Assembly (NCBI GenBank): GCA_021851145.1
Contig: JAJZJK010000003.1
Coordinates: forward strand, 1-43,985
Direction: 5' to 3'
Source of the DNA: Nanobdellota archaeon
GTDB lineage: Archaea > Nanobdellota > Nanobdellia > Parvarchaeales > Parvarchaeaceae
DNA: 43,985 nt
Positions 1 through 9,058 of the stretch are shown here, one piece after another. The notes under the pieces were generated by a model. The model did no database searches. It was not told where the DNA came from and was given only the letters and a program-made list of their open reading frames with translations. The position numbers and the translations under genes were made by a program. Numbering within the stretch: position 1 is the first letter of the stretch; each line of letters opens with the position of its first letter.

Positions 1-31
1 AGCAGTGACCTCCAGCAGGATCAACTGGAAT
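1..31 (-). rRNA. rrs: 16S rRNA, 5' end (partial, runs off the window)
   Basis: Reverse complement ATTCCAGTTGATCCTGCTGGAGGTCACTGCT matches the archaeal 16S start ATTCCGGTTGATCCTGCCGGAGGYCACTGCT. Confidence 0.93.
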
Positions 32-185
32 TGGTGCATTAACATCATCATGCATAAATATGAAATTCACGCACTCACTATTCTTCATCTGCTTTTTAAA
101 GCATCGAATATTATCTGCATATGAAAATATGCAATCACAGCACTGCAATGCAGCACTCCTGTGTATCCGGGATATACAGATAATT
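32..185 (-). other. rRNA 5' external transcribed spacer (structured leader)
   Basis: Directly upstream of the 16S; inverted repeats at 90-103, 116-133 and 159-179; upstream boundary approximate. Confidence 0.65.
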
Positions 186-205
186 ACTTTATTTATACAT
201 TCTAA

Positions 206-219
206 TTTAAATACTTTTT
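206..219 (-). promoter_or_regulatory. Putative BRE/TATA promoter of the 16S rRNA gene
   Basis: Minus strand AAAAAG-TATTTAAA about 25 nt upstream of the structured leader. Confidence 0.5.
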
Positions 220-297
220 GCGCCTTAAAACCGCTAGAACAGCGTGATATCAAATTTTTTGATAAAAATTATTTACAATTATGTTTATAAATAAAAT

Positions 298-1272
298 CTA
301 TTTTTTCTTGCTTTCAAAGAAGTATGAAAACAAGCTAAGCATAGAAGTAGCAGTTACAGATAAAAGAAGCAAACTAAATGCAAATGAAATGCCATAAGAT
401 GAATATGTGCCTGCAGCACCAAATCCAAATAGATAATTAAAACCGTAAGATAATGAACCTGAAATCTGCGTTAAGGGTAACCCTAAAATTGCATCCAAAA
501 ACATTGCAAATACAAACAATGCAGACAAGCTCCCTAAAATAAGCAGAGCATTTCTGTGCATTTTCTTGTTACCGTAAATAAGATATGTTAATATTATAGT
601 TAGAATAAAGAAAACTATGAGAATATCATAATGCAACATACCCGAGATTCTTAATAAACTGTCATAAGCTAAAAGATAAATTGCTGCTACTAAACTTAAA
701 ATAACCGATCCAAGTAGGGTATAGTTTGCCGCCTTTGCAAACTTTTTCTTCATCGAAAGCTCTAATCCAAATAGTATAACTATTACGGCTAGGAATATGC
801 TACCAACATAATCAAAGTAATTTATAGGCTTTGGAGTACTAACAACTGGAGGAGTTACACTTGGAGGTGTACTACTTGTTGAATTTACAACATTAACAGT
901 TAATTGCACTGGAGAAACGGAAGGATCGTCACCTGTTGCAGAAATGTTGAATTTATAAGTTCCAACAGGAGTTCCTTTAGCTACGCTTATAGTAAGTGTT
1001 CCGCTGTATGTTGGATCTTGATTTAAGGTACTAGGAGTAAAGGTTATATAACTGTTAGAAGGACTCTCTGCTAGCGAAGTCCCCCAATAGCTTCCATTAA
1101 ACAATGAAATTGTAAAGCCTATATTTATAGAACTGCTCTGCGAGATATTTACTGAATATTGTGTCAATGTAACTTTTGAATAACCATAGCCTACAGCATG
1201 AACGGCATTCAATGCGAACACTAAAAGAAAAATAAAAGCAATTGAAGTGAGTATTATTTGCTTAGCTTGCAT
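298..1272 (-). CDS. Membrane protein with signal peptide, extracellular Ser/Thr-rich beta (Ig-like) domain, Pro/Thr linker and about 5 TM helices
   Basis: Sequence composition and hydrophobic segments of the 324-aa ORF. Confidence 0.7.
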   Translation of the reverse strand: MQAKQIILTSIAFIFLLVFALNAVHAVGYGYSKVTLTQYSVNISQSSSINIGFTISLFNGSYWGTSLAESPSNSYITFTPSTLNQDPTYSGTLTISVAKGTPVGTYKFNISATGDDPSVSPVQLTVNVVNSTSSTPPSVTPPVVSTPKPINYFDYVGSIFLAVIVILFGLELSMKKKFAKAANYTLLGSVILSLVAAIYLLAYDSLLRISGMLHYDILIVFFILTIILTYLIYGNKKMHRNALLILGSLSALFVFAMFLDAILGLPLTQISGSLSYGFNYLFGFGAAGTYSSYGISFAFSLLLLSVTATSMLSLFSYFFESKKK

Positions 1273-1293
1273 AATAACCCTTAGGATAGCATC

Positions 1294-1716
1294 TTATTTA
1301 AGCATTTCTATAGACTTTGATATCTTTTCTTTAAAACCCTCTTCTTCTACTTCATCTTTGTACTTTGTTCTTGGCCACATAAAACCACGCAAAGGTTTAC
1401 CTTTTTCTCTAGGGATTATATGAACATGAAAATGTGGCACGCTTTGACTTACAACATTGTTATTTATAAGCAGGATTCCATCACAATTTGTTCCTTTCTT
1501 TACGCCCTCTGCTATTAATTTAGATTCAACTGCCAGTTCCTCTAAATAATCCTCCGGAAAATCAAATAATGTTTCGATATGCTCTTTTGGTATCAAAAGT
1601 GTATGCCCTTTGAATATAGGGCTTTTGTCTAAAAAAGCAATAAAACGATCGTTTTCAAAAACTATGCTTGCTTTAATTTCATTTTTGATTATTTTACAGA
1701 ATACGCATTCTTCCAC
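1294..1716 (-). CDS. hit: HIT family nucleotide hydrolase
   Basis: N-terminal CVFC, GHTLLIPK and QSVPHFHVHIIPR histidine triad. Confidence 0.95.
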   Translation of the reverse strand: MEECVFCKIIKNEIKASIVFENDRFIAFLDKSPIFKGHTLLIPKEHIETLFDFPEDYLEELAVESKLIAEGVKKGTNCDGILLINNNVVSQSVPHFHVHIIPREKGKPLRGFMWPRTKYKDEVEEEGFKEKISKSIEMLK

Positions 1717-1752
1717 TCATTATTTAGAAACTAAAAATATAAAAGAGTTTCA

Positions 1753-2391
1753 TTAATTATACTGTGCAATATCTAATATTGCAGTATTCATGCTTTCTTT
1801 TATTTCTTTCAAAGCCTTTGAATCCCTTGATTCCACGTACGGTAATAAATCTAAATCTAAAGGAGTGTTCTCCAGCCTTCTTTTATAGTTTTCATGCAGG
1901 TGCTTCCCAACTTCCTTATCATAATCCTGCCAGCTTACTCCCAAAAGCTTTATAAAATCCTTTTCAATTGAAGTTGCTAATTTATGTGAATATGCATATG
2001 AATAACCAAAATCAACAAGCCATTTTTCTGTAACTTCATGGTGCTTAGCTATGCTTTCCACAGTATCTATAATCTTATTGCCAACTGCCACTAATCTTGG
2101 AAAATTCTTATCCAAGAAGATTCTTTTCCCATCTACAGAGTACCCTCCTGTGTATTTTATGGAATAATCTGTATTTATTATCAGATCTTCTACACTTCTA
2201 TTTTCTATAACTTTTCCAATGTTTTTTTTCTTGAAGTACGCAATATCGTTATCTACCTGCACTATAAAATTTATCTTTAGTTTTTTATTCAACGAAATTT
2301 TTACCATTGAAGGAGAGATATAATTTATAGCTAGTGCTATAATCTGCCCATTTTCACTCTTTTTTTGAGATAAAATCCTATACTTCATCAT
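1753..2391 (-). CDS. Hypothetical protein with HExxE...H putative metal-binding motif
   Basis: GGYSVDGKRIFLD and HHEVTEKWL...AYSHKLA motifs. Confidence 0.6.
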   Translation of the reverse strand: MMKYRILSQKKSENGQIIALAINYISPSMVKISLNKKLKINFIVQVDNDIAYFKKKNIGKVIENRSVEDLIINTDYSIKYTGGYSVDGKRIFLDKNFPRLVAVGNKIIDTVESIAKHHEVTEKWLVDFGYSYAYSHKLATSIEKDFIKLLGVSWQDYDKEVGKHLHENYKRRLENTPLDLDLLPYVESRDSKALKEIKESMNTAILDIAQYN

Positions 2392-2587
2392 AATTTTAAT
2401 AATCCTCTGCGATATTTATACTTTTTTGCGATTAATTTGTAAATTTTACACATCATTTTAATTATTTATAAGTAATCAATATGATATATAAAGTTTGCTA
2501 TTTCCTTAATAAGCTAAAAAAATTCTCTTTAAAGATTTGGGTATAACAACACAAGTTACTTAAATTCTTAGAGATTTAATTAAAGGT

Positions 2588-3805
2588 ATGAATGATCAAA
2601 AATCAGAAATGCTAATGCTTTTTGGATGGGTTTTCGCAATAATGATCATAGCAGTTGTAATGCTGTTTCCTTACAGTAACTACCAATTTACAAGCCTTGG
2701 GATTAGTGACGGTGTAAATTTATATGCATGTAAATATGCAGAACCAGCACCAATGGGATTAGTTGACTACGGGGTCAGCAGTTATGGCAATGTTTACAAC
2801 ATATCTACACATTCTATTCAAAGTAGTATAACTTTAGATAATTTTGTAACAAACTTCAGTAATGATTACAACGCATCGATACAGCTTAATCTGAATGTTA
2901 TGTTAAGATACGAAAATAAGACACAGGCTTATTTTGCTCAGAATGTGATTCTCATGAATACTAAAACAAAGCAAATAAATTTTATAGATAATGTTTGGAA
3001 TGATTCCGGAATAAATGCTAGTTTGAGTACCAACTCAATAATGGGGAATGGGACGGTTTCTCCTTCAAACAAAAATATTACTTACTATTTTTATCAGGCA
3101 GAGAATCAAACCGGGGATAACCTAACACTAAAAAATAATCAAACGGTTTTCCTTAGAACAAATTCTAGTATATCAAGAAATGGAAAACCAGAAATAACAT
3201 TTTATTATAATGACGGCTATGGATGGGAGGAGTATGACAAAGTTGAATTACTTGTAAATGAGAGCATAAAAAACTACTCAATTGTGATAAGCGGTTTCAA
3301 TTATACCCCTAGTTATAATTTCTACGATGCAGGCATAATATTAGGGGGACCAGGTGATGGGTATAACACTACTCTTATAAACGGATCTGCATATCTAACA
3401 CTAAGTTATTGGAATGGCGATAATTTTCAGAATGTGCAGGATGCATATAACTTTGGATGTGATACAGAAGAAGGGATTAACAACGCAATTGTAAATCCGG
3501 ATTTCTATAGCAATGGATTATTATACGCAAATATAAGTAGTGGAAAGAATGCTTACCTCGGAAATTTATGGTCGATAAACTCTTCTGATATAGGTGTGCT
3601 TTACATAAACAGTTCAATAAAAAACATAGTTATTTCATTCAATAAAAATGGTCATACCTTTAACAATAGCTTAGAAAATGGCACGGGAGAATTTACCCTC
3701 GAGTCTGGTACATATCTTATAAAAGTATATAAAAATAAAAGTATAATCTATGATAAAAATTATACCTTAAAACAAGAAAAATTCAGTGTACTTAATATAA
3801 ATTGA
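2588..3805 (+). CDS. Thermopsin-family (peptidase A5) secreted acid protease
   Basis: PAPMGLVDYG, SIQLN, AQNV, IDNVWN, YDAGIILGGPGDG, NFGCDTEE; N-terminal TM anchor; many N-x-S/T sequons. Confidence 0.92.
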   Translation: MNDQKSEMLMLFGWVFAIMIIAVVMLFPYSNYQFTSLGISDGVNLYACKYAEPAPMGLVDYGVSSYGNVYNISTHSIQSSITLDNFVTNFSNDYNASIQLNLNVMLRYENKTQAYFAQNVILMNTKTKQINFIDNVWNDSGINASLSTNSIMGNGTVSPSNKNITYYFYQAENQTGDNLTLKNNQTVFLRTNSSISRNGKPEITFYYNDGYGWEEYDKVELLVNESIKNYSIVISGFNYTPSYNFYDAGIILGGPGDGYNTTLINGSAYLTLSYWNGDNFQNVQDAYNFGCDTEEGINNAIVNPDFYSNGLLYANISSGKNAYLGNLWSINSSDIGVLYINSSIKNIVISFNKNGHTFNNSLENGTGEFTLESGTYLIKVYKNKSIIYDKNYTLKQEKFSVLNIN

Positions 3806-3835
3806 TAGCCTTAGATTTAAATAAATTTTATAACA

Positions 3836-5518
3836 TTATGGTGAACTTACTTTATCTGCCCCCTTAGCTACAGAATGCTTTGTAAAGGCAGAAAGTATGG
3901 CAGCAATTATTAGTATAATTATACCTATATACAATGCTGTTTTTAAACCCTGCATAAATGGCGAAGCAATCAATTTAGGAATAAAGCTACTGGAATTCAT
4001 TATTTTTAATGATGAACTTGAAATAAGAGAGGTCAGTGAAGCTGGAGCTTGGGATAGAAATGTTGATACGGGATTTATACCTAGAAAAGCGGAGAATAAG
4101 AAAGACGAAGCAGGAATTGCTGCAAACTGTGATGACAAAGCAGAAGGCACATTCAAAGTAGTTAACTGTGTTGTAATTATAGACGGCAGAGCATATGAAA
4201 AAACTGTTATCGCGATAGTAAAGAATATAGCCATGCTTATCATCTGGCCGATATTTGCGAAAGTGGTTCTTATCCCATTGCCAACACCCCTGTCCTTCCA
4301 AGGTAGAGCATCCATTGCCCTTTTTGTGTTAGGTGCAGCAAACATGCCATTACCTGCACCTATTACAAATAAAACAATCGCAAATGGAATGTATGAGAAA
4401 TTTGCTGAAAAAGTAGTAAGTAAAAATAAACCTACAGCGGTTATTAAAAGTCCAACTGTACTAAATACTCTCGCACCAAACCTATCAGTTAAGATACCAC
4501 TTATCGGCCCTAAAGCTATAAAACCAACCATCAAGGGTATCATATATATACCGGCCCAGAAAGGCGTTTGAGCAATTGTAAAATTATGTAATGGCAAATA
4601 AACTCCTTGTAACCATATTATCACTAAGAACATTACTGCTCCTCTAGCAAGAGCACTTAAAAACAAAGCAAGAGAACTAAAAAGAAATTGTATATTCCGG
4701 AATAATGACAACTTAAACAACGGGTTCTTAATCTTCCTTTCTATTGGTATAAATATGACTATTAAGAAGATACCTGCAATTAAACTTGCTATTACCCAAG
4801 GATTGGCCCAACCTAATGGGTTTGTTTTATAAGGAGTGAGAGCGTATGTAAAACCTAAAGCAACGAGTATTAAACCTGAAGATAAAGCAAGGTTGCCCTT
4901 CCAATCCAAACCTTTCTTTTTGCCACCGGTTTTTTCCTCTTTAAGCTTGTAATAGGACCAAAAAGCACCAAGAACTGCAAAGGGTATATTAACTATAAAT
5001 ATTAAATGGAAATCAAATGGAGCAAGTAAACCTCCTGCTACCAACCCAATAAATGATCCTGCAAGAAAAGCTACTTGGTTGGTTCCTAATGCTTTTCCTC
5101 TTTCATTGTCCGGAAATGCATCTGTAAGAAGGGCAGTGCTATTAACCATTATAAACCCGCCACCGACTCCTTGGATAAGCCTGAATATTATTATAAATAG
5201 AACACCATTTGTGCCAGAGTTATAAGGGGTAAAAGAAAGCGCTATAGAAGCTACTGCAAATATAGCGAAGCCTATTGTGTAGAATCTTTTTCTCCCATAA
5301 TCATCAGATAACCTTCCGAAGGTTACAAGAAGAGAAGCGGTTACTACCATGTAGCCTAAAAGGACCCAGAGTAAAAGAGTAAAATTACCAGGTGCTAATG
5401 GGTTAACATTTAAACCTCTGAATATAGACGGAAGCGATATAAGAATTATGGTGGCATTTATCGAAGCCATCAGTCCTCCCATTGTTGTATTTGCTAGAAC
5501 TGTCCATTTATATTGCAT
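3836..5518 (-). CDS. MFS transporter, DHA2 (EmrB/QacA-like)
   Basis: GRLSDDYGRK motif A, RLIQGVGGG motif B, about 14 TM segments. Confidence 0.92.
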   Translation of the reverse strand: MQYKWTVLANTTMGGLMASINATIILISLPSIFRGLNVNPLAPGNFTLLLWVLLGYMVVTASLLVTFGRLSDDYGRKRFYTIGFAIFAVASIALSFTPYNSGTNGVLFIIIFRLIQGVGGGFIMVNSTALLTDAFPDNERGKALGTNQVAFLAGSFIGLVAGGLLAPFDFHLIFIVNIPFAVLGAFWSYYKLKEEKTGGKKKGLDWKGNLALSSGLILVALGFTYALTPYKTNPLGWANPWVIASLIAGIFLIVIFIPIERKIKNPLFKLSLFRNIQFLFSSLALFLSALARGAVMFLVIIWLQGVYLPLHNFTIAQTPFWAGIYMIPLMVGFIALGPISGILTDRFGARVFSTVGLLITAVGLFLLTTFSANFSYIPFAIVLFVIGAGNGMFAAPNTKRAMDALPWKDRGVGNGIRTTFANIGQMISMAIFFTIAITVFSYALPSIITTQLTTLNVPSALSSQFAAIPASSFLFSAFLGINPVSTFLSQAPASLTSLISSSSLKIMNSSSFIPKLIASPFMQGLKTALYIGIIILIIAAILSAFTKHSVAKGADKVSSP

Positions 5519-5542
5519 CCGATATTTTGATTTTATTGATAT

Positions 5543-6673
5543 TTAAATATTTGCAAGCCTGTAAAGTTTTTCTATCTTATAGACAGACCTTTTCTTGTTT
5601 TTATCTTCAATTTTTGATTTAATTACCATATTTTTCATAGTCTCAATTACTTCTTCTGCTACTTTTTTATTGACAGAATAAGGTATGCTGTCTTTCCCTC
5701 CTATCGTAAAAGCATACTTAAATGGATCATATGGGTAATTAACAGGATCTATAAAAGATGGCGGTTCATTATATATTAAATCTGCGATTAAAGACATTGC
5801 TCTTGTAGTAGAAGCAGTTAAACCTCCTAAAAGCGCGCTTGAAAGGCTAGGAAAAGTCTCATTTTGTATCTTATTCAGGTTTCTTTTAAGCTTTTCTATA
5901 CTTATTGGACGGTAATAATCTATCTTTTTTATCCTATCAAAACCAGATATTGCCGCGGTCCTTTCAATTAGTTCAAGTGTGGAATTGCCATTTAAAGTAT
6001 TCAAGGCCTTAGTGTAATCCTGGAGTATCTTATCTTTATCAGTATTAACCTCTTCAAGAATTGTCTTCCGTGTTTCATCTATATTTTTGTCTAAAAGATT
6101 TATTGCTTTGCCAGTCGTACCGATTATGGCAGAATTTGAATCACATTCGAAATTTTCTGTATCAAGCAGATGGTAACGTCTTGCATATTTTGTAAATGGA
6201 TTCATACCCTGCTGAACAACGAGCCACCTGCCGCTTTTAGATATAAGGATATAATGGATATACAGATTATAACCATCTTGCAAAAGAACTGAATCAGTTT
6301 TTGCCGATAATAAGCTATACTTGTAGATTTTACTGGGAGTTATATCAAAAGTACTAATATGTTGCAGTTCATCTTTTACAGACAAAGAAGCCTTTCCTTT
6401 ACCTCCAAAAATGGCTATCCCATCTTTTGGTTTTATAATCTGTTTTAAGATGGAAAGTAGAACTGTGGTCGAACCACTCGAATCCCAATCCATTCCAATT
6501 GCATTGTTTAAGGCTTGAAACCACATGGGATTTGAAAGTCTATCTAATAGTTTATCTTCACCGTATTCATAAAGCATTGTATGTATTATTGCATCGCACA
6601 TTTCCTTCATTGTTTTTAGCAAATAATCTGGAACATGCCCATAATGCAACGGTAAATCTGCAATTCCTGCCAT
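5543..6673 (-). CDS. DUF763 family protein
   Basis: GIADLPLHYGHVP, GMDWDSSGSTT, VQQGMN, ARRYH, GGKD; start moved to the ATG at 6673. Confidence 0.9.
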   Translation of the reverse strand: MAGIADLPLHYGHVPDYLLKTMKEMCDAIIHTMLYEYGEDKLLDRLSNPMWFQALNNAIGMDWDSSGSTTVLLSILKQIIKPKDGIAIFGGKGKASLSVKDELQHISTFDITPSKIYKYSLLSAKTDSVLLQDGYNLYIHYILISKSGRWLVVQQGMNPFTKYARRYHLLDTENFECDSNSAIIGTTGKAINLLDKNIDETRKTILEEVNTDKDKILQDYTKALNTLNGNSTLELIERTAAISGFDRIKKIDYYRPISIEKLKRNLNKIQNETFPSLSSALLGGLTASTTRAMSLIADLIYNEPPSFIDPVNYPYDPFKYAFTIGGKDSIPYSVNKKVAEEVIETMKNMVIKSKIEDKNKKRSVYKIEKLYRLANI

Positions 6674-6766
6674 AGGGATATTAAGTTGATGATTATTTAT
6701 ACAATTACTCAATTAATTCATAACTGTAAATAAAATGCTTTTATCAGCATGTTGGTATAAAATAAT

Positions 6767-7270
6767 ATGAAAGCTATCAGCGGCAATAAAATCTTCAATA
6801 GCCTTTTAAAAAAGAACAAATTATTTTTAGTGATTCCTTTTGTAATTTTATTTGCATATGCTTACTTATTCCTGCATGACCAGGTGGGAATAGCTACTTT
6901 TTCAGTCTTTTATCCGTTGTTTGATATTATCTTTGCAGTTTTACTAAGTGTAATGATAACTTTTATTATAACAATAAATTACTATATTATAAAAGCCAAA
7001 AAAGATGCAAACAAGAAGAATACGGCATGGGCGATTTTCTTTAGTCTTTTGTCTACTCCTTTTTGCTGCAATGTGTTGATTCCTCTGTTTATAGCATTTA
7101 TATTTGGTTCTGCAGCACTTTCGCCAGTATACGACACCGCACAGACGGTATTAGTAGATTATGATCCTCTGATAATTATATTTTCTATAGTTGTAATTTA
7201 CATTTTCTACAGAAGATCTTTAAATGCATTTATGAACTGCAAAATAAAACTCACTGTTAACAAAAAATAA
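6767..7270 (+). CDS. Four-TM membrane protein with a vicinal Cys-Cys pair
   Basis: Hydrophobic segments; STPFCCNVLIP. Confidence 0.65.
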   Translation: MKAISGNKIFNSLLKKNKLFLVIPFVILFAYAYLFLHDQVGIATFSVFYPLFDIIFAVLLSVMITFIITINYYIIKAKKDANKKNTAWAIFFSLLSTPFCCNVLIPLFIAFIFGSAALSPVYDTAQTVLVDYDPLIIIFSIVVIYIFYRRSLNAFMNCKIKLTVNKK

Positions 7271-7285
7271 TATTTAGTTATCAAA

Positions 7286-8278
7286 CTACTTTAACTTGTG
7301 ATGTTTTAGACGGGTTTTTACGGTTGTTTTTAGTTCCTTTTTCTGTGGAAGAAAAACCTCTGCAAGCATGCACCTTATGCTTCCACCGCCACATTCCTCT
7401 ATAGTGCTAACATCTATGTTTATTATGTCACAGTACCTTTCTATTGCAAATTTCTGCTCATCTGATAAAGAATAAAATGCTTTCTTTGAGATTATCAGCT
7501 TCTTATTTCCATGCATGTCTAGTACTTCCAATGCATTACCAGCAAAATTCATCATCTGATTATCACTTAAAGCAATTATCTCCTTACCGGATCCTTTGAT
7601 TGAGGTTATAACTGCTTCTTTTTCATTTTCATCTTTTATAGAATCAAGACAGATCATGGCAAATTTTTCACCCAATGCCATCATAACGTTTGTGTGATAA
7701 ATGGGAAAACCGGTGCTGTCATAAGCGTGGAATTTAATCGGAGTATAACCTAACTCTTTGCAAAACTTATTTACTACATCTTGATTAGTGCGTTCAGATA
7801 GACATGAATATGCTATTTTGTTTAGCCTATCTAGAACAAGGCTACCAGTCCCTTCAAGAAATTTATTTTTATCTTCGTAAAAAGTAAAGTCGACTACTCT
7901 AGAACAATAAAATCCATAGATTGTAGAAAGATCTTGTATTATATCTGGCCTTCTTTCTTTTCTCCTATTCATTGCAAGCATAGGGTATACTACAGCAGTA
8001 CCATCTGAATGAAAAGACACCCAATTATTAGGAAACACTGAATCAGGAGTATCAACACCAATTAAATCATCAAAAATGAATACATTTATATCGTTCAATC
8101 TAAGTGTTTCTACAGCATTATTAAATTCATTTAGGGCATTCAAATTAACTGAAGAATTAACCTTTTTCTGGAATTTGTTCGTATTTGCGGTTTGTTCATT
8201 GAAGCCAAAGTTGTGTGGCCTCACCATCATTATATTGCTAGTCAATGCTTTTTCTTCCATGCTGATCCAAGCAGACAA
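7286..8278 (-). CDS. ctlX: Amidinotransferase superfamily protein (CtlX / arginine deiminase-related)
   Basis: MMVRP.FGFN.QTA.TN.FQ, TPDSVFPNNW, FLEGTGS, IYHTNVMM, GGGSIRCMLAE; true start may be a few codons downstream. Confidence 0.88.
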   Translation of the reverse strand: MSAWISMEEKALTSNIMMVRPHNFGFNEQTANTNKFQKKVNSSVNLNALNEFNNAVETLRLNDINVFIFDDLIGVDTPDSVFPNNWVSFHSDGTAVVYPMLAMNRRKERRPDIIQDLSTIYGFYCSRVVDFTFYEDKNKFLEGTGSLVLDRLNKIAYSCLSERTNQDVVNKFCKELGYTPIKFHAYDSTGFPIYHTNVMMALGEKFAMICLDSIKDENEKEAVITSIKGSGKEIIALSDNQMMNFAGNALEVLDMHGNKKLIISKKAFYSLSDEQKFAIERYCDIINIDVSTIEECGGGSIRCMLAEVFLPQKKELKTTVKTRLKHHKLK

Positions 8279-8393
8279 TCTAGCAACTGCTAAAAACTTA
8301 TTAAAGAATAGAACTTATATTTAAATCTTTATTCGCCCTTGCAGCTTATTTTATAAGACTGTCTTATTTTTGTAGATAAAGATTTTAAAGCCT

Positions 8394-8505
8394 TGGGGTT
8401 GCCAGGATTTGAACCTGGGTCAAGCGGTTTCTTCTTAATCATCCTTAACGTCATGTTTCCAGACAAGCTGGAGCCGCCTATTCTGCCTGGTTAGACTACA
8501 ACCCC
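8394..8505 (-). tRNA. trnW: tRNA-Trp(CCA) with 39-nt intron at 37/38
   Basis: GGGGTTG/CAACCCC acceptor stem, GGCGG-CTCCAG|intron|A-CCGCT anticodon arm, CCAGG-TTCAAAT-CCTGG T arm; CCA end not encoded. Confidence 0.95.
8429..8467 (-). other. tRNA-Trp intron (relaxed BHB; candidate minimal box C/D guide RNA)
   Basis: CTTGTCTGGAAACATGACGTTAAGGATGATTAAGAAGAA; bulges AG|C and AA|A around a CTCC/GAAG helix with one mismatch. Confidence 0.85.
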
Positions 8506-9036
8506 TTAGGTGAATATTTTATACTTATCCTTATTCTCAAGTTCTTCTTCTATCCTATTTTCTATGCTTTTAGCTATGCCCGAAGTAAAGCCGACTCTCT
8601 CATCAAAATCGCTATATGATTTAAATTCGCCTTTGCTACGTTCTTCCATTATTTTTTGAACCATTTTTTTACCTGCGCCAGGTATAAGCGCCAATGAATG
8701 CAATCTTACATTTATTGGCCCTAATCTGTTTATTATGTTTATGTAATTTGTTTCGTTTTCCAATACAATATCATGTATTTTATCCGCAAGCATTTGTAAG
8801 CCATTTCCGTTTAATTTGTCAGGAGTAATCCTCTGTATAATATGGTGTACCTCTTCCCTTTTATTTTCTCCAATGTAAACTTTCATTCCAGGGTCCACTT
8901 TCACGTCTTTTTTGAGTGCTACCAACAAGAGGCCTAATGAATCAGTAAGCACTATAGCAGTAGCCTTTCTATCTTTTGAGTCTTGCAGCCCAAAAGGAAG
9001 GTATTCTAAAACATAAGCATATTCATCTTTTCCCAT
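8506..9036 (-). CDS. DUF655 family putative RNA-binding protein
   Basis: DEYAYVLEYLP, RLHSLALIPGAGKK HhH motif; conserved rpl21e-rpo4-DUF655 order. Confidence 0.92.
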   Translation of the reverse strand: MGKDEYAYVLEYLPFGLQDSKDRKATAIVLTDSLGLLLVALKKDVKVDPGMKVYIGENKREEVHHIIQRITPDKLNGNGLQMLADKIHDIVLENETNYINIINRLGPINVRLHSLALIPGAGKKMVQKIMEERSKGEFKSYSDFDERVGFTSGIAKSIENRIEEELENKDKYKIFT

Positions 9037-9058
9037 AGTATAAGGAGTAATTTAAACG

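Noticed and set aside
60-290. 76-aa plus-strand ORF
   Set aside because: Antisense to the 16S rRNA leader and promoter; no protein-like features
3897-4571. 224-aa ORF antisense to the MFS gene, and similar shadow ORFs (19577..20032, 23713..24135, 41217..41687, 43507..43800 and others)
   Set aside because: Opposite-strand or off-frame shadows of well-supported genes, with no motifs
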